This document shows, in pieces, positions 48,791 through 58,343 of a stretch of 64,000 nt of DNA (its first letter is position 1; every line of letters starts with the position of its first letter). The DNA comes from Ignavibacteriota bacterium (lineage in GTDB: Bacteria; Bacteroidota; Ignavibacteria; UBA10030; UBA6906): the NCBI GenBank assembly GCA_963801355.1, contig CAWDEM010000008.1:1728001-1792000 (forward strand), written 5' to 3'. The position numbers and the translations under genes are program-made. The notes below the pieces were generated by a model. It ran no database searches, was not told the DNA's origin, and saw nothing but the letters and a program-made list of their open reading frames with translations.

Positions 48791-51502
48791 TTACTTGATC
48801 AAAACCATCTTCTTCAGTTCAATATACGGAGCACCGCCGGCGGTCGGGCGCGCTTCCATGCGGTAGAAATAGATGCCGCTGGCTACACGCATACCGCTAT
48901 TGTTCGTCCCGCTCCACACCACCTGGACATAACCTGCTGGACGCTCCTCATTCAGCAAGGTTACGACCTCGCGGCCGAGGGCATCATACAGTCGCAGGGA
49001 AACACTTGATGCGGTCGGCAGTCCGAAACGGATCGTGGTGGTGGGGTTGAACGGATTCGGATAGTTCTGCGACAGCGAGAACGATGTGGGCATCATGTCC
49101 ATTTCGTTCAGTCCGGTGATTGTGCCACGCACCAGGGTCACCGTCGCCGTATCGGCATTGTAGACGACCGGATTGGGGTCCTTCACCATAACGGACCATT
49201 TCAAAATAACAGAGTCTGCAGTTCCAAGGTAGGTCAGGAGCTGTTTCCCCGTGCGTACCAACAATGTGTCATGGGCAGAGTTCGCGGTTGGAACAGCGGT
49301 CTTTCCTATCGGCATCCATTGATAGGTAAGGACATCGCCGTTGAAGTCCAGAGCACTCTTCCAGCGGAATGTGACAACTTGTGCGGTGTCGTTCAAAACG
49401 ATCCGCGAGTCTTTGGCTGGCTCGAGCAATGCGAACTTTCTCAGCGGCGGGGCGTTGAATGGCGCGAAGTCAGCTTTGAATATGGGAGTAATCTGGTATC
49501 CATTGTTGTGCACGGTTGTCGAGGTTGTGAATTGTGATGCAACGCCGGTAAGCTTAACCGGGAAGGCGGGATATGTGCTACCCGGTACCTCGGTGTCACT
49601 GTCCAGACGCATAATGAGCGTATCAACGCCGTCCCAAATGTTCAGGTTTGCCGAGCCTCCAAGTCCAGGCCACCCTGCAGATCCAAAATCAAGTGGATGT
49701 GCGAGGGTAAGCTGAATCCGGCGGCTCTCATACAATTCCGGATTGGTCTTGAATTGGCCGATGGTCAGTGGAATGGCAGCAATCACATTCGCGGTATCAA
49801 TGACAACGATATCCGTTGCCAGATCCCTCGGGACGATCTCCGTCGTTCCTCTGTAGTAGTCGAGCACTCCTGTTACCATTACCCGGTAGCCCGGCCCGAT
49901 AGTCGGGGCACCCGTGAGGCCACTCTTGAAGATCTGTAAGCCGCCGGTGGCATCCTGGACGAAGTAGCCGAAATTCGTCGTCTGGATATTGACGGAGTTA
50001 ATCACGCCAACAACACGGAGAGTGTCACCTTTCCGGTCCGGTTGGCGGTCGAGGTTTGCATCAATGCGGGCCTCTCCGATGGAGACGAGATCGAAAAGGT
50101 ACCCCGGAGTAGTGATCGTCAACGTGTCGGAACTTGTGAGTGCATAGGAATTCGACCCACCCGGCGCAGCCACCAACACTACTTGCTCATTTGAATTCTC
50201 GAAATAAACCAGGTTCCCCACGGCGTCAGTGATGACACAGCTGCGCGCCGAAGATGCGTTGTTGTCCGGATCCGCCCATGCGATGGCCCGCGTTGGTTTG
50301 GCCGCGTCGAGATGCGTGAACGCATACAGACCGCTGACCTCCGTTGGTGATCCGGTGCCAACATCATGTGACAGATAGAGGATATCATCTGATCCACTTG
50401 TGGTCGCTCCATCCCAGAGCGCAAGTGTCACAGGATCACCATCAGCCATCCGTGAAGTCCACACAGTGTCCGCAAGCGTTTTTGGGAGGGATCCCGAGGC
50501 GAGGTTGAACTTCAAGACGCCTCGCGATTTCACCGGCAATGTCCCGATCGCGGAGTCTGCTCTGTAGATAACGTATAGGGAATTATCCTGTGCGATCTTG
50601 GCATCCCAGAAGAACAGCCTCTTCCCGAGGTAGGAACCGACGGTGACGAGTTTCTGGGGAACTGCAGTGTTGAACTTCTGTGTGCCGATCGCCACACTGT
50701 AGACAGCGCTGTCGCCTGTAACATAAAGGGTCTTGGCAGATCCTGTCCCACGCACATCCAATCCCTGGATTTGCATGCCATATGCGCTGGAATCGAAAAG
50801 TGCAACATTTAGTGTGTCCACATGAAACCGATAAATGCGACGGTCGGTGAGGCCGATGACGTATATGTAGCCATCCTGATCTGCAGTGGGCGAGAACCGG
50901 ATGCCGGGCGTTCCGGGGATGGTGACGCCGGTGGTCGCAACATATGCGGAATCAGGTTTGAATCCCCACTGCCGTCCATCCGCAGAATGCCGCACAAGGC
51001 CGGTTGCATACCCCCCACCACTGACGGCATAGATGAAACCAAACCAGCGCGATGCAGGATTCTTGATGCTTGTTATGCCACGCGTGAAGATGGAAGGTGT
51101 TGTCACTGAAACTTCCGTGTAGGATGCATATCCAGCATGGTATGCAGTCACCATGGCTTTGTACGCGCCGGCGCCAGCTGCCACTTTGGGCGCGGTGGCA
51201 CCGTTCCACATGATGGCGTTGTCACCAACAGAAAGACCTGTTTTTTTCACAGTGGCAACGGGTGAACCACCTGCTGCCGGAACAATCTGTACCATCACGG
51301 AGTCGGCAGCCTGATTCAGAACGAAGCGAATTGCTGCACCGGTGCCATCCGCAAAGCTTCCGTCGAAGGCAGCGGTGGAATAGTCCTGTGTTATGCGGAT
51401 GAACGAAGGGAAGACATCTGCTACGGTGGATTGTGTAGCCACGACGACGAGTGTGGCCAGAAGCGCGATAAGTAGAGACCTTTTGCGCATAAGCGGCTCC
51501 AT
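48791..51502 (-). CDS. Secreted multidomain protein with T9SS type A sorting domain
   Basis: Signal peptide, FlgD-like IMWNG, OB-fold-like FVQDATGG...GTTEIVP, C-terminal LSQNYPNPFNPTTTIRF...SGIYFY...KKMVLIK. Confidence 0.9.
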   Translation of the reverse strand: MEPLMRKRSLLIALLATLVVVATQSTVADVFPSFIRITQDYSTAAFDGSFADGTGAAIRFVLNQAADSVMVQIVPAAGGSPVATVKKTGLSVGDNAIMWNGATAPKVAAGAGAYKAMVTAYHAGYASYTEVSVTTPSIFTRGITSIKNPASRWFGFIYAVSGGGYATGLVRHSADGRQWGFKPDSAYVATTGVTIPGTPGIRFSPTADQDGYIYVIGLTDRRIYRFHVDTLNVALFDSSAYGMQIQGLDVRGTGSAKTLYVTGDSAVYSVAIGTQKFNTAVPQKLVTVGSYLGKRLFFWDAKIAQDNSLYVIYRADSAIGTLPVKSRGVLKFNLASGSLPKTLADTVWTSRMADGDPVTLALWDGATTSGSDDILYLSHDVGTGSPTEVSGLYAFTHLDAAKPTRAIAWADPDNNASSARSCVITDAVGNLVYFENSNEQVVLVAAPGGSNSYALTSSDTLTITTPGYLFDLVSIGEARIDANLDRQPDRKGDTLRVVGVINSVNIQTTNFGYFVQDATGGLQIFKSGLTGAPTIGPGYRVMVTGVLDYYRGTTEIVPRDLATDIVVIDTANVIAAIPLTIGQFKTNPELYESRRIQLTLAHPLDFGSAGWPGLGGSANLNIWDGVDTLIMRLDSDTEVPGSTYPAFPVKLTGVASQFTTSTTVHNNGYQITPIFKADFAPFNAPPLRKFALLEPAKDSRIVLNDTAQVVTFRWKSALDFNGDVLTYQWMPIGKTAVPTANSAHDTLLVRTGKQLLTYLGTADSVILKWSVMVKDPNPVVYNADTATVTLVRGTITGLNEMDMMPTSFSLSQNYPNPFNPTTTIRFGLPTASSVSLRLYDALGREVVTLLNEERPAGYVQVVWSGTNNSGMRVASGIYFYRMEARPTAGGAPYIELKKMVLIK

Positions 51503-51589
51503 GAGGTTATTGTGGGGATTCTGGGAGGTTGACCAATTAGTAATATAATCGCGAATTGAGAGGAGAAAGGCAAGTGCCCGGTCTGACTT

Positions 51590-52819
51590 TCACCGGTTCC
51601 CGCCGCCCAGCACTTCTTTGATCGCGCTGACTGCTCCGCCGATGTCTTTGATGCCCGACCAATTGTAAATGCACATGTACCTGCATCTTGGATCAGCCAA
51701 TGTGTGGTCGATGGCCTGGCGCCAGTCAGCTGAATCCTTTTTCTCCATAAGCATCCACTCGACAGCGGCCCAGAATGGCGCATCGCTTTTCTCCAGTGCC
51801 TTTTGCACACCCTTGTCTTTTGTGGCATCGCCCGCATACCTGTAGAAACTCCATCCCGGGCAGGAATACCGGTTCAACGCGGTTTCGTAGAGGAGCTCTT
51901 CGTCCTTCCAGCCGCCGACATGCGTGAATAACTTCTCCCGGGGCACCCCCAACCCGGCGGCCAACGAACAGAGGTCGTCGACATGCCTTCTGACAATCTC
52001 GGCAAGGTGAGCCTCCTGCAACAGCCCGGAGTCAGCCAGTTGGGCGGTTCTGACGGCTGCATAACCGATCGCGGTTACGCCTCGATCCGGCACCAATTCA
52101 CCTTTTAGCTCGGTTTGGGGATCCCGGCTTTCGGGCTGGTCCAGGCGCGCATTCCCATCGGGATAGTAGAATGAGTTCACTCCTATGGCACTCTCCCATC
52201 CCAGCTTGATCCCGATGAGTAGGGACTTATTTTCCTCAGGCAACCTCCCCCACCACTCAAGAATCAGGGGAATGAGGATTTTCATCTCATCGTGACACGC
52301 TTTGCGGTAAGGGGGACTCATAAAATTGGGAGGCGGCAGGACCCGGACTTGTTTCCCCCAGTTCCGCCAAGCGATTTTCATTGCATATTCGGGACCCCAC
52401 CCTGACCACTCGACATTCCACCTGTTCTGCGGGTCGTACCCGGGATGTTCCCGATCCCACCAATTCCACAGGTCGGGGCGGGCTTCCCACAATTGTTCGC
52501 CGTCAAGTTGTACGACGATCGGAATATCATGCTGCTCTGCAAGGGTGAGGAATTCAAGCAGGTGGGCCTTGCATTGATCCCTGGGCCCGTTGAGGTACGA
52601 GAAGATGGCACCAATACCCAGCCTCACATGGCCCGACGGCCTGTCTTTCGCCAATTCCCCGATCTGCTCAAACAGAGAGTCAGGCCGCTCACCGGGAATG
52701 ATGTTCAGGACAAGGTACTGCTCCCCCCCGCTGGCATCATAGAGGGCGAACAACACCAGCGTCAGACATGCGAATGCTGTCCCGAATGCTCGGCTGTACA
52801 ATCTGTGCCTTTCTTTCAT
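51590..52819 (-). CDS. Hypothetical secreted protein, glycoside-hydrolase-like TIM barrel
   Basis: 409 aa, signal peptide, Trp-rich (LWNWWD, VEWSGWG, AWRNWG), IKLGWE, WAAVEW, IYNW. Confidence 0.7.
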   Translation of the reverse strand: MKERHRLYSRAFGTAFACLTLVLFALYDASGGEQYLVLNIIPGERPDSLFEQIGELAKDRPSGHVRLGIGAIFSYLNGPRDQCKAHLLEFLTLAEQHDIPIVVQLDGEQLWEARPDLWNWWDREHPGYDPQNRWNVEWSGWGPEYAMKIAWRNWGKQVRVLPPPNFMSPPYRKACHDEMKILIPLILEWWGRLPEENKSLLIGIKLGWESAIGVNSFYYPDGNARLDQPESRDPQTELKGELVPDRGVTAIGYAAVRTAQLADSGLLQEAHLAEIVRRHVDDLCSLAAGLGVPREKLFTHVGGWKDEELLYETALNRYSCPGWSFYRYAGDATKDKGVQKALEKSDAPFWAAVEWMLMEKKDSADWRQAIDHTLADPRCRYMCIYNWSGIKDIGGAVSAIKEVLGGGNR

Positions 52820-53066
52820 TGTCGGATCAGGATGATCTATTCCTGAAGTCCTCCTTGCGTCAACGCTCTGGTCGAAATTGGGACTTCTCCCGCACTCAAG
52901 TATGAGGTTCTTGTGGTTTGCATCGACACGCTAGCAAATGGTAGAAATGCGAAGTGAGATAGTCAAGCGGTCGGGCGTAATGCGTTGGCCCCATGCCTTC
53001 GCCCCGTCACCAACGCACAACTGCGGACACTGAAAATCGATTGCCCGTTTCTGGAAATGGGGAAGC

Positions 53067-53149
53067 AAGTTGTCAACGGAGAGGCTGTACGGTGGAGTTG
53101 ACATAGAGTTGTCTACTGTGTATGTTACAGAAAAGCTGAAGTTGTCAAC
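53067..53149 (+). promoter_or_regulatory. Sigma70 promoter overlapped by repeated GTTGWCAAC palindromes
   Basis: TTGACA (53098) -N17- TATGTT (53121). GTTGTCAAC at 53069 and 53141, GTTGACA at 53097, GTTGTCTAC at 53108. Confidence 0.65.
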
Positions 53150-53164
53150 CATGTGGACGGTACG

Positions 53165-54208
53165 ATGAATACCAGAGCTGCTATTTTCAAGGCCCTGTCT
53201 TCCCGGGGGGAGGTTCGTTCGAGCGTTATCGCCCGGGAGGCAGGGGTTTCGCGTGCGTATGTTCATCGTATGCTCCAGCAGCTCGAAAATGAAGGAATCT
53301 TGAGACTAGTTGGCAAAGCTAACCAGGCCCGATATGTCTCCGCCGATCGGGGGAGCATTAGAAAGGCCCTCGCTGCACAGCCCACCTTTCACGCAATGTT
53401 GCGCAACGAGAAGCTCGAAGAAGACAGGATCCTGGATCGGATCAAGGCGGAATCCGGCATCTTCCAGGGCATGCATGCAAACGTGGCCCGGATCATTGAG
53501 TACGGATTCACCGAAATGCTCAACAATGCGATCGAGCACTCTCGGTCCCGGATGATCGATGTCCGCATGGCGCGGTCCGATGCAGTAGTCACCTTCTCAG
53601 TGCTCGACCGTGGGATCGGGATTCTTCGCAATATCATGCAGAAGCGGCACCTCAAGGATGAGCAGGAGGCCCTCCAAGATCTCCTCAAAGGAAAGCTTAC
53701 GACGGCACCCGACCGACACAGCGGAGAAGGAATATTCTTCACATCTAAAGTCGCCGATGGACTTGTGATCCGAACCTCCGACAAGAAGGTCCTTTTCGAC
53801 AACCTCCTCCCGGACGTTTTCGTGCGCACTGTGAAGTCCCGGCAAGGAACACAGGTGGATTTCTGGATTGCGCTGGCATCCAAACGAAAACTCGGGTCAA
53901 TCTTCAACCGATTCACAGGAGAGGAGATGAGCTTTGACAAGACCCGCGTCGGTGTCGCACTGTTCAAAGCGGGCACAGACTATGTCTCCCGTTCGCAGGC
54001 ACGACGTCTCCTTGCCGGACTCGAAGAATTCCGCGAAATCGAACTGGACTTCACCCGTGTGGAGGTCGTCGGCCAGGCTTTTGCCGACGAAGTGTTCCGG
54101 GTTTGGAGCCGCCGCCATACCGGCAAGGTTATCCGGGTTGTACATGCCTCTCCCGATGTCCAATTCATGATCTCCCGGGCACTGGCACAACCATCCCCGA
54201 AGACATAG
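53165..54208 (+). CDS. HTH + HATPase + STAS-like (DUF4325) regulator
   Basis: IAREAGVSRAYVHRMLQQL, TEMLNNAIEHS, DRGIGI, HSGEGIFF, GTQV, SRSQARR, LDFTRVEVVGQAFADEVFR. Confidence 0.88.
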   Translation: MNTRAAIFKALSSRGEVRSSVIAREAGVSRAYVHRMLQQLENEGILRLVGKANQARYVSADRGSIRKALAAQPTFHAMLRNEKLEEDRILDRIKAESGIFQGMHANVARIIEYGFTEMLNNAIEHSRSRMIDVRMARSDAVVTFSVLDRGIGILRNIMQKRHLKDEQEALQDLLKGKLTTAPDRHSGEGIFFTSKVADGLVIRTSDKKVLFDNLLPDVFVRTVKSRQGTQVDFWIALASKRKLGSIFNRFTGEEMSFDKTRVGVALFKAGTDYVSRSQARRLLAGLEEFREIELDFTRVEVVGQAFADEVFRVWSRRHTGKVIRVVHASPDVQFMISRALAQPSPKT

Positions 54209-54254
54209 CCCCTCACTGTCAGAAACCCTCGTCATACAGGCCGGAGGAGTCGTC

Positions 54255-55250
54255 ATGAAAGTCCTTTTTATCGGCGGCACGGGCAACATCAGCACATCGG
54301 TGAGCCTGGCTTGCATTGAACGGCGGATTGATCTGTACCTTCTCACGCGCGGGACGCGGCATGTCGATATCCCCGGGGCTCGACTGATCCGGGGGGATAT
54401 CAACAACCCAGGCGACATCAAATCGTTTCTTGAGGAGAACCGCTGGGACTCGGTTGTCGATTGGATAGCCTACACGCCGGAGGATATTGAAAGGGACATC
54501 GCGCTGTTCCGGGGCAGGACAGCCCAGTTCATATTCATCAGTTCCGCCTCAGCATACCAGAAGCCCCCCGTGCATCCGGTCATTACCGAGTCAACCCCGC
54601 TCTGCAATCCATACTGGGAATACTCGCGTAACAAAATCGCCTGCGAGGAACGACTGAACCGGGCTTACCGGGACGAAGGATTTCCGATGACGATCGTGCG
54701 GCCATCCCTGACCTACGACACGGTGATCCCCGTGGCGATCGGTGGTTGGACGGAATACACAGTGATCGATCGGATAAAGAAAGGCCAACCGCTTATCGTT
54801 CATGGCGACGGGACATCTCTCTGGACGGTAACGCACGCCGAAGATTTTGCGAAGGGATTTATCGGACTTCTCGGTCATCCGCAAACCATAGGGGAAGCGT
54901 TTCACATCACATCAGATGAGACACTCACGTGGGATCAGATTTACCGGAGGGTCGCAACGGCCGCGGGGTGCGAACCTCATCTGGTCCATATCCCCTCTGA
55001 CTTCATCGCGGGGTGTGAGCAGTCTCTCAGCGGAGGATTGCTTGGGGACAAAGCACACAGTGTTATTTTCGACAACAGCAAGATCAGGCGAATCGTCCCT
55101 GATTTCAAGGCGACGATTCCCTTCCATCTCGGCATCCGGAAGACACTGGCATGGTTTGATGCTGATCCTGCGCGCCGGATCGTCAAGAAGGAAACCCATG
55201 CAATGATGGACCGGATACTCCACGCCTACATGGGAAAAACATCCGATTGA
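54255..55250 (+). CDS. SDR / NAD-dependent epimerase-dehydratase
   Basis: GGTGNIS, FISSASAY, YSRNK, IVRPS, HGDG. Confidence 0.92.
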   Translation: MKVLFIGGTGNISTSVSLACIERRIDLYLLTRGTRHVDIPGARLIRGDINNPGDIKSFLEENRWDSVVDWIAYTPEDIERDIALFRGRTAQFIFISSASAYQKPPVHPVITESTPLCNPYWEYSRNKIACEERLNRAYRDEGFPMTIVRPSLTYDTVIPVAIGGWTEYTVIDRIKKGQPLIVHGDGTSLWTVTHAEDFAKGFIGLLGHPQTIGEAFHITSDETLTWDQIYRRVATAAGCEPHLVHIPSDFIAGCEQSLSGGLLGDKAHSVIFDNSKIRRIVPDFKATIPFHLGIRKTLAWFDADPARRIVKKETHAMMDRILHAYMGKTSD

Positions 55251-55395
55251 GGATCCTTCGGATCGCTGTCTTCTTGCTCCGGTTCCCCGGTCGATGCGTT
55301 GCCACGCAGATGTGCAGTCCTCTTCGTGAGATATCCCACCCGGCTTTCCGCCTTGACCTGCGAGTGCGATCTGTCAATGCCAGACGCCGCCCGGC

Positions 55396-56547
55396 TTACG
55401 GTGTATACTTTGCTATCGCATATCCTGAACGTGTGGAGCTGTATCCTACCAAGTACAGTGCATCACCCGCAACAACTGGGAAAGAGCCAAAGCCGGATGA
55501 CGACATGACGGAGGCCAACCACGATCCCGCGACCAGATCGTACTGGTATATGTCGACCCCGGAGAAGAAGAATATCTTCTTGTCAAACACCACTGCCTTA
55601 GGGCGGCCATCAAGATTTGCGAAGGGGATTTCGGGCATCGTCGTCCACGTATTGCCCACCGGGTTAAACCGCGCCATTTTGTTTGGCGTCTCGGTGCCTC
55701 CCAACACATAGATTTGCCCGTTGTAGGAAACCGCTGCAGACCAGGAGATTGCAATGGGGTAATTCGCGATCGATTTCCAGGTGTTCGTTGTTGCGTTATA
55801 TACTTGGCATGTGTTCAGAGGGCCACGGCCGCCCACAAAGTAGATGTCATCGCCGTTGACTGCCACGCCGGCTTCTCCCCTGCGATTGGCGGCAGGATAA
55901 TTCCCGGCACTCCATGTGTTCGTGACGGGTGTGTACACCATCCCGTCGTTCGCAAAGTAGTAGAGCTTATTGCTGGAAGCGACGAGATTTGACATGTACC
56001 CGCACGCGCACAGGGGGTTCCCCGTCAGACTCTTCTCAGCATAGGTGTTAGTGGGCAAGTCGTAGGCAATGAAGTGCTGCTGGGACCCTGTATTGTTAGG
56101 AGTTGCGAAGTAAATGGTGTTGTTCAACCCTGAGGCAAATTCCCAGCCTGTCGGGCCCGGGATCGCGATGGTATTGCCGTAGTAATCCCACGGAATGGGT
56201 ATCATGCCGATGCTGTCATAGGTGAGCGGAGCAGCAGAGGGAACCGTGATGGGTCCGTAGAAATTGTTGTACTTCGGCGCCTGGGCAGAGATCGTGTGGG
56301 CACCGACCGACAAACTCAATTGGAACTTACCATTGGCGTCAGCCGTGTCCACCTTTCCGCCAGCGCTGACGATCGCCCCCGGAACCTTCGTCGTGGTCCC
56401 CTGGCGGTAGACCGTTCCTGTCACCGTCGCCAACGCGCCCGCCCCCCCAGACGCTGGTTGTGTAGGAGCACTGTCCTCTTTTGAACAACCTGCCCATAAC
56501 AAAGCTGCTGACAGCAGCACAATGCCTGTACCCGTGGCCTGTTTCAT
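55396..56547 (-). CDS. Kelch-repeat lipoprotein with carboxypeptidase-regulatory-like domain
   Basis: Lipobox WAGC, VTGTV...DANGKF, Kelch repeats IYFVGG / IYVLGG / NTW. Confidence 0.85.
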   Translation of the reverse strand: MKQATGTGIVLLSAALLWAGCSKEDSAPTQPASGGAGALATVTGTVYRQGTTTKVPGAIVSAGGKVDTADANGKFQLSLSVGAHTISAQAPKYNNFYGPITVPSAAPLTYDSIGMIPIPWDYYGNTIAIPGPTGWEFASGLNNTIYFATPNNTGSQQHFIAYDLPTNTYAEKSLTGNPLCACGYMSNLVASSNKLYYFANDGMVYTPVTNTWSAGNYPAANRRGEAGVAVNGDDIYFVGGRGPLNTCQVYNATTNTWKSIANYPIAISWSAAVSYNGQIYVLGGTETPNKMARFNPVGNTWTTMPEIPFANLDGRPKAVVFDKKIFFFSGVDIYQYDLVAGSWLASVMSSSGFGSFPVVAGDALYLVGYSSTRSGYAIAKYTP

Positions 56548-56709
56548 GACTCTGTTTCCTCCAATGATAATAGAAGGTAACGCAGGGTCCAGCCCGAAGG
56601 TTCCCACGAAATGCCCGGTGGCCGGGCGCAGAGTCAACTTCGCCCTGATGTTGATTGGAAGTTCCCCATCAGTTACATTCTTCTATCACATTCTCCGAAA
56701 GGAAAATGC

Positions 56710-57456
56710 ATGAATCTCCGTGTGTCATTCGTGCTGAGCCTGTTTCTCTCTTCCTTCCTGCTTCCCGCTGTAGCGCAGCACACACAAATCGCACCGAACA
56801 CTCTCTCACCCAAAGAGCAGAAGCACGGCTGGCGCCTCTTGTTTGATGGGAAGACGATGAACGGCTGGCGCGGTGCCTACATGGATTCCCTGCCGGCGCG
56901 CGGATGGGAAGTGCGAGACGGCATGTTGATCGTCCAGGCCTCCGGCGGCGGTGAAGCTGCGTTCGGCGGTGACATTGTGACCGTCGAGGAGTTCAGCAAC
57001 TTCGAACTCACGGTGGATTTCAAACTCACCGAAGGAGCAAACAGTGGCATCAAGTACTTCGTGACAGAGCAGTTGCCCAAAACACCGGGCTCGGCGAAAG
57101 GACTGGAATACCAGGTCCTGGATGATGCAAAACATCCTGATGCGAAGATGGGCATCAACGGAAATCGTACGCTCGCCTCATTATATGACCTGATCCCCGC
57201 ACAACATAAGAAGCCCGCCCCGATCGGAGAATGGAATCACGCACGGATCCTCGTCAAGAAGGCTCATGTCGAACACTGGCTCAACGGCGTGAAAGTGCTC
57301 GAGTACGAACGAGGAGGGAAGAAATTCCTCGCCCACAAAGCTGAAAGCAAGTTCAAAGACCTCCCGGGGTTTGGCGAGGCAGAAAAGGGTCACATACTGC
57401 TTCAAGACCACGGGAACCAAGTGTTTTTCCGGAACGTCAAAATTCGACCTCTCTAG
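56710..57456 (+). CDS. DUF1080 (3-keto-disaccharide hydrolase family) protein
   Basis: [55 protein letters not shown]. Confidence 0.93.
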   Translation: MNLRVSFVLSLFLSSFLLPAVAQHTQIAPNTLSPKEQKHGWRLLFDGKTMNGWRGAYMDSLPARGWEVRDGMLIVQASGGGEAAFGGDIVTVEEFSNFELTVDFKLTEGANSGIKYFVTEQLPKTPGSAKGLEYQVLDDAKHPDAKMGINGNRTLASLYDLIPAQHKKPAPIGEWNHARILVKKAHVEHWLNGVKVLEYERGGKKFLAHKAESKFKDLPGFGEAEKGHILLQDHGNQVFFRNVKIRPL

Positions 57457-57471
57457 CAAGGACGCCGCCCA

Positions 57472-58322
57472 ATGAACCATCCATCCCGACGTGACTTTCT
57501 GAAGACTGCGGACTTACAGTCGCGGGCGCGACGGTGGTACCGCAGCTCTCCCGGGCGCATGCCTCCCCCGTTCCCATCGCCGCGTACCCGTTCCAGTTCG
57601 GCATCGCCTCGTACACCTTCCGGGCGTTCTCACTTGATCAGACCATTGAAATGACGAAGCGGCTCGGCCTGACGCATATGACGTTGAAAGACATGCACCT
57701 CCCGCTGAGCTCCACACCCGAACAGATCGCCGATGCGAGGAGGAAAATTGCCGGTGCCGGCCTGACGCTCATGTCCTGCGGCGTGGTCTATATGAACACG
57801 GAAGATGAGCTGAAGAAAGGGTTTGCCTACGCGAGGGCCACCGGACTTCCTATGCTTATCGGTGTTCCCGACAAATCCTTGCTGGGTCCTGCGGAAAGTC
57901 TGGTCAAGCAAACTGACATTGTTCTCGCGATACACAATCATGGCCCGACGGACGAACGGTTCCCGAGCCCGGAAAGCGCCTATTCGCTGATCAAGAACAT
58001 GGACAAGCGGATGGGATTGTGCGTGGACGTGGGTCACACACAACGGCTCGGATTGGATCCTGCTGAAGAGATCGAAAAGTTTGCGGACCGCGTCTTCGAC
58101 GTGCACATCAAAGACGTCACCTCGGCTGACGCAAAGGGCACGACGGTCGAAATGGGGCGCGGGGTCATCAATATCCCCCGTATCATGCGGGTGCTGAAGC
58201 AGATCGGCTATTCCCGCACGCTTCACTTCGAATTTGAGAAGGATCAGAAGGATCCGCTTCCTGGCGTCGCCGAGTCGGTCGGCTACCTGCGAGGAGTACT
58301 GGCGGCGGACTCACAAGGATAA
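57472..58322 (+). CDS. Tat-exported sugar phosphate isomerase/epimerase (xylose-isomerase-like barrel), frameshift near 57510
   Basis: MNHPSRRDFLKTA joins GLTVAGATVVPQL if one G is added. Motifs ASYTFR, AIHNHG, DVGH, VHIKD, FEFE. Confidence 0.85.
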
Positions 58323-58343
58323 GTGTGCCAAAGGAGCTGCACG

